From positions 480,001-544,000 of the forward strand of contig JAWABJ010000001.1 in the NCBI GenBank assembly GCA_038884755.1: a stretch of 64,000 bases of DNA, given 5' to 3'. This document shows positions 18,501-26,753 of the stretch, piece after piece; positions within the stretch are counted from its first letter, which is position 1, and each line of letters opens with the position of its first letter. Under the pieces are notes generated by a model. The model searched no databases and was not told the origin of the DNA. It saw only the letters and a list, made by a program, of their open reading frames with translations. The DNA comes from Candidatus Norongarragalinales archaeon (GTDB lineage Archaea; Micrarchaeota; Micrarchaeia; Norongarragalinales; Norongarragalinaceae). A program made the translations under genes and the position numbers.

Positions 18501-20967
18501 AAACTATGGTATCCTGGCTGTACGCACTTGCGTTCGTGATGTTGAAAGACTGCCATTTGAATGCAGGCTCTTGGCTTGAGACCGTGAAAGAGTAAAGCCC
18601 GGTGTTGTTGACGTTCCCGGAATCGTCTATCGCCCAGGCTTTAGCGGTATAAGTTCCTGCGCTCAAGCCCGTAAAGTTGTTGTAGTACTGGTACGACTCG
18701 GCGTTGTAGGAAGCGTTTATTTCCTGCGCCGTAAGCGTACGGTTGTAGATTTGAATGCTGTCGAGAGTGCCGTTGAAGTAGCCCGTGCTTCCCGCAAGCT
18801 TGCCTATTTCGAAAGCGTCCGAACCTGACGGGAGTGAGCCGAAATTCAAGGTAGTGGTATAACTTCTGTTGACGCCGTTTATGTAAAGGTTGTAAGTGCC
18901 GTTGTCGAAGAACAAGAGGGCGAAGTGGAACCAAGTGTCGCCTTTCACGGGAATGTTTGAGGCGGAAAAGTTGAATTCCGTCCCGTCTTTCATCATGTAC
19001 ATTTGCAGGAATCCTGGCGCGGTGTTGCTCAGCAAAAGCATGTACTTGTTCGTGGAGTTTTGAAAACGAGACAGGACTCTGTTTCCGCCTCCTTTAATCC
19101 AACCAACCCAAGTCATGTTGCTGGTAAGGTTGAACCTTCCAGGGTTGTTCACGGAAAGATAGTCGTTCACTCCGTCGAACGCTAGTCCCAACCCGCGGGT
19201 GCTTGCAGTGAGGTTGGAAGTTCCAAAGTCGGCGCCAGTAAACGTGGCGTTGTTGCCGTAAGACGAGTTGTCGAAAACTACGGTGGAATTGTAAAAGTCC
19301 ATTTCCCACCACCCGACGAGGGCGTTGTTCCAGTCAAGGAAAGCAGAGTGGTTGTTGGAATCTCGGCTTGAAACGTTGGTGTAAATGTAAGTGTCCGTGG
19401 AAGAAGAGCCGTTGGAAGGCGTGGGGGAGACGAACGACACGAGCGGGGGTTTCGAGTCGTTGTAGAAAGTCGCTTCGAAAGGTCTCGCGTTGGAAAGAAA
19501 ACGGTTGGAGTCTTCAAGCGTCGTAACGGCATGCCAATACCCCATAGTTGCGTTGTACAGTTGGTAGCATATCGGCTCGTTAGCATGCTGCGTGCTGTAA
19601 ATAAGCATCGTGTCGTTATTCGCGGTGTTGGAAATAAGCCGTACTAGGTCAACGTTTCCGGCTGTCCCGCAAGCCGTTGCAGTCGTGGCTGAAGCGCTTC
19701 CCCAAGTTCCTGCCTGGCAGTTGGAAAGCGAAGTGCACGTGCGGTAGTTGGGAAAGTTCGTTCCATCCGGAGAATAGACTACCATCGCGTGCCCGCTTCC
19801 GCCTAAGTACGCGACGTCTGCCAATTGCCTGTCTGCAAAATCGCCTTCGACGGCGCCGGTGAAAGTTGCCGGAGTTCCAAACCCTTGGTTCCACTCGCGA
19901 ACAGCCAAGTCTGCCGCAACATATCGCAAGCGCGGGGTTTTTATTTTAGAGGTTATTTTGCTCACGAAATCCGACCATCGTCTTACGGCTTCGGAAATGG
20001 AAGCGAAAGACAAAACCTCATTGCCGGCCGTATCACCGCCGCCCATTCCCGAAGTTTGCACGGGTGAAGCCCACATTATGCGGTTGGTTCCAGGCATTGA
20101 AGCGCAGGAAAACCAAACGTAATTGGAGCCTGCCACACATGAGGGGTTGCAAAGCAAGGAACCCACTTCCCAAGCGCTTCCCGTCCAATTTGCGTGGTTC
20201 AGCTGGGCGCTCTTGGCTTCCTCCCAAAACACTACGCCCCTTCCGCTGGATTGTTCGTAAGCAACACAAAAAGTCTTTTGGGTGCTGTTGAATGTCGTGT
20301 TGTAAATGCTTTTGCTGTTTCCCCACGCGCTTCCATTCCAAACGTAGGCGCAAAACCTCCCGCCGCTGTCCATGTACGCCATGAGAATTTCTTTCGAATT
20401 TGGCTTGCTTGCGGCTTCAACCCAAGCGGGAGTGTTGCTCGTCCCGCAAGCGCTGTTTGGAAACTGTTCCACCCCGCTCCAGGTGTTGTTTTCGGGATAC
20501 CAAATTCGGTAGTACGGGCGAGCGGTGTTATTTCCAGCAATGACCAAGCCCCAACCTCGAGAGTATTCGAACGCAACGTCAAAGCCGCGCGATTCGTCGT
20601 TCGTAGTCCCGATGTTTGGGGCAACGTCTACAACCGAACCCCAAACTCCGTCAACCCTCGCTTGCGCTTGCACTTCCCCCTCGTCGTCAAGCGTAGCCAT
20701 GATGCAGTTAGTCTGGTTGCGGTCGCACTTCAACGCCATCCATTCTATGTCGCTTCCGGTGTCGAGCGTCGTCGCGCTTAATTCAGATTGGGCAGTGTAA
20801 TTGAAGTACGACGGGGCGATTCTGTAGCGGGGTATCACCTGCGCGTTTTCGTAGTAACCGAACATCGTGTGCGGGAGCACGGGAGAGGCGGAAAAGGCGA
20901 ACGGAGCGAGCGAAACAAAAGCCAGCATAGCGAATAAAACTACAAACCGGCTTTTCCACCTCTGCAA
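15505..20967 (-). CDS. 1820-aa secreted multidomain surface protein: two Trp/Cys-rich repeat modules, LamG-like domain, parallel beta-helix, C-terminal beta-sandwich
   Basis: Signal peptide; many N-x-S/T sequons; LVGWWEMD...FDGVNDY...FNGTLDSIQIYNRTLT (LamG); internal repeat DIEW..C...IGTTND..RGFD.AFE..RGWGLVI; no C-terminal TM. Confidence 0.85.
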   Translation of the reverse strand: MQRWKSRFVVLFAMLAFVSLAPFAFSASPVLPHTMFGYYENAQVIPRYRIAPSYFNYTAQSELSATTLDTGSDIEWMALKCDRNQTNCIMATLDDEGEVQAQARVDGVWGSVVDVAPNIGTTNDESRGFDVAFEYSRGWGLVIAGNNTARPYYRIWYPENNTWSGVEQFPNSACGTSNTPAWVEAASKPNSKEILMAYMDSGGRFCAYVWNGSAWGNSKSIYNTTFNSTQKTFCVAYEQSSGRGVVFWEEAKSAQLNHANWTGSAWEVGSLLCNPSCVAGSNYVWFSCASMPGTNRIMWASPVQTSGMGGGDTAGNEVLSFASISEAVRRWSDFVSKITSKIKTPRLRYVAADLAVREWNQGFGTPATFTGAVEGDFADRQLADVAYLGGSGHAMVVYSPDGTNFPNYRTCTSLSNCQAGTWGSASATTATACGTAGNVDLVRLISNTANNDTMLIYSTQHANEPICYQLYNATMGYWHAVTTLEDSNRFLSNARPFEATFYNDSKPPLVSFVSPTPSNGSSSTDTYIYTNVSSRDSNNHSAFLDWNNALVGWWEMDFYNSTVVFDNSSYGNNATFTGADFGTSNLTASTRGLGLAFDGVNDYLSVNNPGRFNLTSNMTWVGWIKGGGNRVLSRFQNSTNKYMLLLSNTAPGFLQMYMMKDGTEFNFSASNIPVKGDTWFHFALLFFDNGTYNLYINGVNRSYTTTLNFGSLPSGSDAFEIGKLAGSTGYFNGTLDSIQIYNRTLTAQEINASYNAESYQYYNNFTGLSAGTYTAKAWAIDDSGNVNNTGLYSFTVSSQEPAFKWQSFNITNASAYSQDTIVFFANFSDDNGTSEVNLTFDHVNGSITNYTMSLYNGSNKNGVWNYNISSNLLAGTFRLNYTAHDGNTANSSSDFEMLLYSNSSIGIVAYYQFFNNGPKYRNWTAGWSAEGSGTSFFGLGEDIEWTRVECNPLENACIGGFLDDTGVVHAQLWRNYTWGSDQRVVANIGTTNDNYRGFDIAFEKIRGWGLVITANNTDTPYYRIWYPENNTWSGTEKFQVNDSCAGIPLWVEARAKPLSDEIVVTYQDSANDVCTYFWNGSQFGTPVTHTAITNAVTRKTMCTAYEQQTGNALVLFETLAGVLTFRIHYVNNDTWSSATSVGSGSLVGINWLDCTSRPASNRVMAAISYRTSSHQLDAIEWNGSAWGTQTTLVSNGAPAVTFQDRKTADVAYLGGSGGAMVVYAGRYQNSPLERRCTTASNCFAGTWTSARNTTSDICGTGNSGSEQTDSMLVRLVPDAFSNDTMLIYNTNHSNEPICGQHYNSSRDTWSPVTLFENTNSVYPNATNFDFAFNFTGINNVSRSCRDIHAGESFTMSQNVTFDSSSGRTACYDFIGGSATLDCAPSKSNFYYVIDGSGNSGIGLRAIGRNSLSIVECSMMNFTTAAYLVNSTGTMSSTFARGGISGLNFTYNQPAQGSFNGTTTTLENMSYGITLSGLNTSRFIVNTLSSVSNAITFSSNAHNNTFFNTTITNASTAIKATDSNNLTFVELLLALTGTNPHLLLTNSLDNYFLSANVSPSRTSLVTANYTVAYYARGNVTYCENSTAFNGANVSFYSTQANYLDSTLSGSDGLTGFRNVSSFAEYYDAGGDLEVTVNYTPHKFYANASGYVNDTQTVYLSTNTTQALCLNVVAVLDLSLLNHTVNFSDVSVGNDYYSDNASGLGYRYFILQNDGNVQMNITITGSAPFSRNTTPMPDTWYRFNASDYEPGSLASACPAPFNNYNSWYNVNETGQSGVPYALCKLGYSDSADSAKIAINWRIPSDEPAGAKTSTTTFTASQS

Positions 20968-21017
20968 GCAACTGCACCCTTGTCAAGAATAAAAGATTCA
21001 AGGGTTTTATTGCTTTT

Positions 21018-21719
21018 CTAGGCGGCGGTGAATTCCTTCAGCGCTTTTTTTATCTCTTCTTGCGACAGTTTCGTGACGAGCATGGGAATTCCCTCGCTCT
21101 CCGCGATTTTGATTGCAAGCTTGTCCACCCTGTCCGCCGGAAGCTCGTGCAAAACCACCAGCGCGGGTTTTATGGGTGCGACTCGAACAGCAACCATGGG
21201 GCTCCTGCCTGTGGTCGTTCCCGTGAACAGCAACGCCCTCTGCGAGGTGGTTGAGTAAATTTTTACGAAACTCTCGTAAGGCAATTCCAGGATTACTTTA
21301 ATCGAGTCGATTATTGTGCAGCCGAACAACTGCGTCTTGTCAAGGCTTTCCTCGCACGCGACGCAAGCCGCTTTTATCGCTTTGGCGAAGTCCTCGCCGG
21401 TAATCGCGGTCTTGAAGTCTATGGAGTCGAAAAACTTCTGTTCGGGCTCTGCTTCCTTCAAGCGTTTTACGAACTCGCCTCCCTTTTGCACGTCGATTTC
21501 GAACAACGCGTCCACGAAACGCTTTATCACGCTTATGCCCGGGCTTTTGCGCCTGTTGCTTTCGTAATCGCTTATGGTTGAAGGGGAAATTTTCAGGAAC
21601 GCGCTGAGCTCGCTTTGGCTCACGCCGAAAACCTCGCGCCATTTTTTCATGGCTCCGCCTGGGTCTTGAGACAAGGCGATTTCCCCGGCTATTTTCACTT
21701 TCAACTGTTCAGTAGCCAT
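21018..21719 (-). CDS. Archaeal XRE-type helix-turn-helix regulator
   Basis: MKKWREVFGVSQSELSAFLKISPSTISDYESNRRKSPG; C-terminal TTGRSPMVAVRV. Confidence 0.88.
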   Translation of the reverse strand: MATEQLKVKIAGEIALSQDPGGAMKKWREVFGVSQSELSAFLKISPSTISDYESNRRKSPGISVIKRFVDALFEIDVQKGGEFVKRLKEAEPEQKFFDSIDFKTAITGEDFAKAIKAACVACEESLDKTQLFGCTIIDSIKVILELPYESFVKIYSTTSQRALLFTGTTTGRSPMVAVRVAPIKPALVVLHELPADRVDKLAIKIAESEGIPMLVTKLSQEEIKKALKEFTAA

Positions 21720-21790
21720 TCAAACACAATCCACCAAAATAATCGACGATAACCAAACTAGCCTACGCCAATTAAAAACCCTTTCGATAA

Positions 21791-21828
21791 CGCCGAAACG
21801 AGTTTCGGCGATTGGCTAAGCCAATCGC
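21791..21828. promoter_or_regulatory. Two overlapping perfect 9-bp inverted repeats in a divergent intergenic region
   Basis: CGCCGAAAC-GA-GTTTCGGCG (21791-21810) and GCGATTGGC-TAA-GCCAATCGC (21808-21828). Confidence 0.55.
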
Positions 21829-21862
21829 AGGGATTTTAGTTTTCGCGGGCAAAGAAACAGTT

Positions 21863-22420
21863 ATGCAGCCTGCGGTTTACGAGCCTAGGGAAGACTCTTG
21901 GCTTTTGGAAAAAGCTATTGCAGCGTATGCGTTCGGCAGGGTTTTGGACTTGGGCACGGGAAGCGGCATTCAGGCAATAGCGGCTGCGAGGAAGAAAGAA
22001 GTCGGAAGTGTTGTTGCAACCGACATCAACCCAAATGCACTCAAGCAAGCGAAAGCCAACGCTGCTACCTCGGGCGTGGCGGAAAAAATAGTTTTCATCA
22101 AAAGCGACTTGTTTGAAAACATTCAAGGAAAGTTCGACACGATTGCGTTCAACCCGCCGTACTTGCCTGAAGATGAAGAGAAGGTGGGTGACGTTGCGCT
22201 GGAGTCGGGCGAAAGCGGCAGGAAGCTTACGGAAAAATTTCTCAACGAGTTCGAAAGGCACTTGAATCCTAAAGGCGTAGTGCTTTTGCTTCAAAGCAGC
22301 GCAAGCGGATGGAAAGAAACCAAGCAAGCGTTGGAAGAGAAAAGTTTTGCCGTTGAAACCGTTGGAAGGGATAAATTCTTCTTCGAGGAAATCGTCGTTT
22401 TGAAAGCACAACGCAAGTGA
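21863..22420 (+). CDS. HemK2/Mtq2-family release-factor glutamine methyltransferase
   Basis: VYEPREDSWLL, LDLGTGSG, FNPPY, FFFEEI. Confidence 0.92.
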   Translation: MQPAVYEPREDSWLLEKAIAAYAFGRVLDLGTGSGIQAIAAARKKEVGSVVATDINPNALKQAKANAATSGVAEKIVFIKSDLFENIQGKFDTIAFNPPYLPEDEEKVGDVALESGESGRKLTEKFLNEFERHLNPKGVVLLLQSSASGWKETKQALEEKSFAVETVGRDKFFFEEIVVLKAQRK

Positions 22421-22427
22421 AAAAAAA

Positions 22428-23255
22428 ATGGTTGAAATAATTCTGGTTGCAGCGATGCTTTCCGCCGCTTTGCTCTACTCAGCGAAAGACGTGCTGTCGA
22501 AAAAGCCCATCGACTCTTTCGGCGCGACGGTCGCGTCGTTCTACACAATGGTTTTCTGCTGCCTTCCGCTTGCGGCCTACCTCCTGGCAACAGGCTTCCC
22601 GTCTTTTTCAGCAAACGACTTTTACCTCGCAGCCATAGTCGGAGCTGGGCTTTCGATAGGCAATTTGCTTTTCTACAAGGGAATTGATGCGGGGTTAGTT
22701 TCGCTCACGGGGTTCATAGGCTCGCTGTGGGTCGTTTTCACGGTGATAGCCGCATTTTTTTTCTTCGGGGAAACGCTTTCGGCAATGCAAATGGCAGGCG
22801 TGGCGCTGGGATTCGCCGGCATTTTCGTAATGTCGTGGAAAGGCAAGGTGGGAAAGGAAGGCGTGCTCTACGCGTTTCTCGCCGCCGCAGTCTGGGGCTT
22901 GACCTGGTTCAACGTAAAACCGCTGGTTCAATCGGTGGGATTCGTAAGCGCGTTGTTCTTGTACACTCTCTTCGCGGCAATAGTGGGGTTGGCTACGGTG
23001 GCAGTGAAAAAACAAAAGGTTTTGCCTGAAAAAAGCCTCGTGCTCCCAGGCGTTTTATTGTGCGCGGCTTACCTCGCCGACTTGTGGGTCGTTTCCGTAT
23101 CCACGCTGTCTTTCGCCTCCGCGCTGTTCGCGCCCAGCTACTTTCTCATGCTCTTCGTTTTCACTTACACGGTCTTGGGCGAAAGGCTAGAGAAAATCCA
23201 TTTCTTCGGCACGGCGCTCGTGCTGGTGTCGATAACGCTGATTTCAATAGGCTGA
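22428..23255 (+). CDS. DMT/EamA family transporter
   Basis: About 10 hydrophobic segments in two repeats ending FFGETLS / VLGERLE. Confidence 0.85.
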   Translation: MVEIILVAAMLSAALLYSAKDVLSKKPIDSFGATVASFYTMVFCCLPLAAYLLATGFPSFSANDFYLAAIVGAGLSIGNLLFYKGIDAGLVSLTGFIGSLWVVFTVIAAFFFFGETLSAMQMAGVALGFAGIFVMSWKGKVGKEGVLYAFLAAAVWGLTWFNVKPLVQSVGFVSALFLYTLFAAIVGLATVAVKKQKVLPEKSLVLPGVLLCAAYLADLWVVSVSTLSFASALFAPSYFLMLFVFTYTVLGERLEKIHFFGTALVLVSITLISIG

Positions 23256-23292
23256 GCCTGGCAATCCCCAGGGTCTCCGAATATTGAGGATC

Positions 23293-24378
23293 TTATTTTT
23301 TGTGTATCAACACCACGTCCCCATCCTGCAGCTTGTGCGTAAGCCCGACTTTCTGGCCCGGGTGTTTTGCCGATTTCCCCCAAACTTCCGCGAATTTGAA
23401 CAGCGAGCGCAAGTCCCTGTGCACCAAATCGCACAAATCGGAGACTGTCGAACCTGAACGCATCATGAGGGGCGCTTCCAAATCCGCTTTCTCGAACTTG
23501 CTGCGAGTGTAGATTCGGATTAGATTGAGTTTTCGGTAAATCTTTTCCTTCAATTCTTCAATCCCGAGCTTTTTTTCCGCCGAAACTTTCACGAAAGAAT
23601 CATCGATTTTTTTTGCCTCTCCCTTTCCAAGCAAATCCACCTTGTTTACTACCGCAAGCGAGGGAACGAACTTCCTGTTTCCGAGAATCGCGTCGATCAG
23701 GCGGTCGACTGTCGCGTCTTCCTTGATTATTACTGTTGCACTGAAAATGCCGTATTCGCCGAGCACTGCTGCAACAGTCTTGTCGTTCAAGTGGGTGGGC
23801 TTTACCAAATAGTGCACCTCAATTCCGCCTTTCTCCGTTTTTTCTATTGAAATGTTTGGTGGCTCTTGGTCCAAGCGGATGCCGATATCATGCAACTCTT
23901 GCTTGAGCTTCGAGGCGTAGTTAACGTCCTTCACGTCCAGGATTAAAAGGACCAAATCTGCATTGCGCGCGACTGCAAGCACTTCTTTCCCCCGCCCCTT
24001 GCCTTTGCTTGCGCCAGAAATGATTCCCGGCAAGTCTAAAAGCTGTATCCTGGCGCCTTTGTAGTGCATTATTCCCGGAATGACTGTAAGAGTAGTGAAA
24101 GCATACGCGGCGGTCTTGGACTCCGCGCCCGTAAGCGCGTTGAGCAGAGTTGATTTTCCCACGGACGGCAGTCCGATGAAAACTACGGTGGCGTTTCCCG
24201 ATTTCTTTACGTCGAAGCCCTTTCCCGCGCCAGTTCCTCCCCTGCTTCCGGACTCCGCTTGCTCACGCAATTTCGCAAGCTTCGCCTTGAGCATTCCCAA
24301 GTGGTGTTCCGTCCCCTTGTGCTTCTGGGTTTTTTCCATCTGCTGCTCGATTTCAGCGATTTTCTCGGTAATGCCCAT
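23293..24378 (-). CDS. DRG/Rbg-family (Obg clan) GTPase with TGS domain
   Basis: GLPSVGKST, YAFTTL, DLPG, NKVD, QKVGLTHKLQDGDV. Confidence 0.96.
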   Translation of the reverse strand: MGITEKIAEIEQQMEKTQKHKGTEHHLGMLKAKLAKLREQAESGSRGGTGAGKGFDVKKSGNATVVFIGLPSVGKSTLLNALTGAESKTAAYAFTTLTVIPGIMHYKGARIQLLDLPGIISGASKGKGRGKEVLAVARNADLVLLILDVKDVNYASKLKQELHDIGIRLDQEPPNISIEKTEKGGIEVHYLVKPTHLNDKTVAAVLGEYGIFSATVIIKEDATVDRLIDAILGNRKFVPSLAVVNKVDLLGKGEAKKIDDSFVKVSAEKKLGIEELKEKIYRKLNLIRIYTRSKFEKADLEAPLMMRSGSTVSDLCDLVHRDLRSLFKFAEVWGKSAKHPGQKVGLTHKLQDGDVVLIHKK

Positions 24379-24509
24379 TTCGCGTTTAAACCCCGTTTTG
24401 AAACAGCGCGGCTAACAGCGCAATTCGCAATAATATTGCAGAAGGAGATTTTTCAAGGCTTGGTTGCCTGAAAAGAAAAAAATAAAAAAAAAGAGAAGAA
24501 GGGAGAGAA

Positions 24510-24662
24510 TTACTTCTTCATCAAGCCCTTGCGCTTTACGTACGCCCAGAGCTTCTTGGTCATTTCGCTGGGAGCGATGCTTCCAGAGCCGAAAACGTCT
24601 TCGAGAGAGTCGTCGCAGCCCCTGAATGACACGGTCATTCCACCAAATGCCTTTCTTGCCAT
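24510..24662 (-). CDS. 50-aa half-SWIB/MDM2-like basic microprotein
   Basis: Manual translation MARKAFGGMTVSFRGCDDSLEDVFGSGSIAPSEMTKKLWAYVKRKGLMKK; GAGGTGA RBS upstream; T-rich tract downstream on the minus strand. Confidence 0.82.
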   Translation of the reverse strand: MARKAFGGMTVSFRGCDDSLEDVFGSGSIAPSEMTKKLWAYVKRKGLMKK

Positions 24663-24791
24663 AGTCACTTCACCTCGTTTTCAAAAAAATACCCTCTCCC
24701 ACCCTTGTTTTCTAGAGGTAGAATCGAGTTAAACTATTAAGACATTCGATTTAAAAACCTATTTTTACGAGGGAGAAAATCGTTTTTTCCT

Positions 24792-26024
24792 CTAGGAATA
24801 GGTTTCCTCCTGGCTTTGCTTGTAACGCCAGAAGAGGTACCCGCCGGCTATCACCACGAAGAAAACTATCCAAGGCAGGTAGTTCGACTGGCCGCCGGCA
24901 GGTTCGGAAAGGATTTCCTGCTGCGGGCGCGTGCAAGATTCGTATTTGCGCTTGAGCTCGTCGTACTGTATTTTGAGGGCGTCGAGCATTGCGGGCAGCT
25001 TTTCGAACGCCTTGGCGCTGCCCCCCGCCATGAGCGTCTGCACGTCGCTCCACCTGCTTTTTATCGAATCCGCCTCTTCCGACAGGCCGCACAAATCCAA
25101 GTTCGATTCGGAAAGGAAAACGGTTTCGATTTCCGGCTCGAGCAAATCGTACTTCGCCCGGACGTCGACCGTGATTTTCTTGTAGTTGAACGACGCTATG
25201 GAATCGTTCACCCACTTGTCGCGCGAGGCTTCCAGTTTTTCAATGCTCTCGTTCGGCTTCAGGAAGCGCAGTTGCTCGAACAAGTCCACCTTCAACCGCA
25301 TGTTCTCCAAATTCTTAACTATGTTCTCGTTGTCCGGCGCGGGAATGTTCGACTTGAATATTTCCGCCTGTTTCTTGGAAATCTCTTCGTTGTAAGCGTC
25401 GTACGCCGCGATGAATTCCGCGGATTTCGAAAACGCGCTTTTGTAGTAGTCCAGCAGTCCGGAAAGCGCGAAGTCGCTCAAGTCGCTGTCCACCTGCTGT
25501 TCCAGGCTCGTGCCGTCGCTCACCATGCCGTCCAGCTCCAGGGCAAAACGCTGGAGTTCGGAAGACTTAGCGTCTATTGCGTCGAAGTTAGTGTTCGGAT
25601 AGGACTGCTGGGTTTTGGAAGCCAAAGCCGCAAGGGAATTCGCGTTGCGGTCTATCGCCAAAAGCGTCTGCCTCACGGTGGTTTCCATGTCGGAAAAGGA
25701 AATCTTGTTGCGGCCCACGTACTCGTCGATTATGCCGTAGTTGTAAACGCTCTTTCCGACCGCGTCAAGCCTCGACAAGTCAGTTTCCACTTCCCCCGCC
25801 TCTTCGGAAACCGCAATGAAGATTTTTTTTGCGGAGTAGATTGAAGGCGCGAAAACGTAGTAGTATTCGGAAAGGACGAAGAACGGGCGGGGCAAGAGTC
25901 CCACTCCAGAGTCCAAGTACGGCTTCGCCTTCACCGCCGCCTCTTCCGAAGAAATGCCGGAAACAGGCGTGAAAAGGGAAAGCAAAACGAGAAGCAAAGC
26001 GATTGCTTTTCCGAACTCGCGCAT
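24792..26024 (-). CDS. Exported helical protein with C-terminal TM anchor, unknown function
   Basis: Signal peptide, heptad-like helical body, C-terminal WIVFFVVIAGGYLFWRYK; start codon uncertain (26024 or 26033). Confidence 0.75.
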   Translation of the reverse strand: MREFGKAIALLLVLLSLFTPVSGISSEEAAVKAKPYLDSGVGLLPRPFFVLSEYYYVFAPSIYSAKKIFIAVSEEAGEVETDLSRLDAVGKSVYNYGIIDEYVGRNKISFSDMETTVRQTLLAIDRNANSLAALASKTQQSYPNTNFDAIDAKSSELQRFALELDGMVSDGTSLEQQVDSDLSDFALSGLLDYYKSAFSKSAEFIAAYDAYNEEISKKQAEIFKSNIPAPDNENIVKNLENMRLKVDLFEQLRFLKPNESIEKLEASRDKWVNDSIASFNYKKITVDVRAKYDLLEPEIETVFLSESNLDLCGLSEEADSIKSRWSDVQTLMAGGSAKAFEKLPAMLDALKIQYDELKRKYESCTRPQQEILSEPAGGQSNYLPWIVFFVVIAGGYLFWRYKQSQEETYS

Positions 26025-26074
26025 GCTTTGCATTAACCCTTCACATGATTTAAAACCATCGCGCGGCTATAATC

Positions 26075-26752
26075 ATGGTTATGCAATTGCGGGTGGTTTT
26101 GGTCGAACCCAAGTGGGACGTGAACGTGGGAAGCATATGCCGGGCGATGAAAAACTTCGGCGCCAGCGAGCTTTACCTTGTCAAGCCAAAGGCAGAGCTC
26201 GGAGTGGAGGCAATAAAATTCGCGAAACACGCGAGGGAAATACTGGAAAAAGCCACGAAAGTCAAAACGATGCGCCAAGCGTTTGAAGGTTGCACGCTTG
26301 TAGTCGGAACGACTGGAATACTCAGGCGTTTCAGAAAGAAAATGCTGAAAAAATGCGTTTCGGCTCGAGAGGTGAAAAAGTTTTTCGGAAAAAACGATAA
26401 GGTAGCACTGGTTTTCGGGAACGAAGAGCACGGACTTAGCGACAAGTTTTTGGGCGAATGCGACGTCGTAGCGTTCATCCCTTCCAACCCGCGCTATCCC
26501 GTGCTCAACCTTTCGCACGCGGTCGCAGTAATGCTTTACGAGCTTTACGCTGCGAAGGGGGAAAAGCAGTTGAAGGAAATTCCGGCTGCGCCGCGCCACA
26601 AGCTCGAAAGGCTCGAAAAGCTTTTTTTCGAATTCGCTTTGCGCAACAAAACCATTCGCGACCCGAAGAAAGTGGCGACGGCGTTCAAGCGAGTTCTCCG
26701 CAGGGCGAGGCCTTCCGAAAAAGAAATCCAAGCGCTTTTCCCGGCGTTTTGA
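26075..26752 (+). CDS. trmJ: TrmJ-like SPOUT RNA methyltransferase
   Basis: VVLVEP..NVGSICRAMKNFG, ALVFGNEEHGL, YPVLNLSHAV. Confidence 0.9.
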   Translation: MVMQLRVVLVEPKWDVNVGSICRAMKNFGASELYLVKPKAELGVEAIKFAKHAREILEKATKVKTMRQAFEGCTLVVGTTGILRRFRKKMLKKCVSAREVKKFFGKNDKVALVFGNEEHGLSDKFLGECDVVAFIPSNPRYPVLNLSHAVAVMLYELYAAKGEKQLKEIPAAPRHKLERLEKLFFEFALRNKTIRDPKKVATAFKRVLRRARPSEKEIQALFPAF

Positions 26753-26753
26753 C

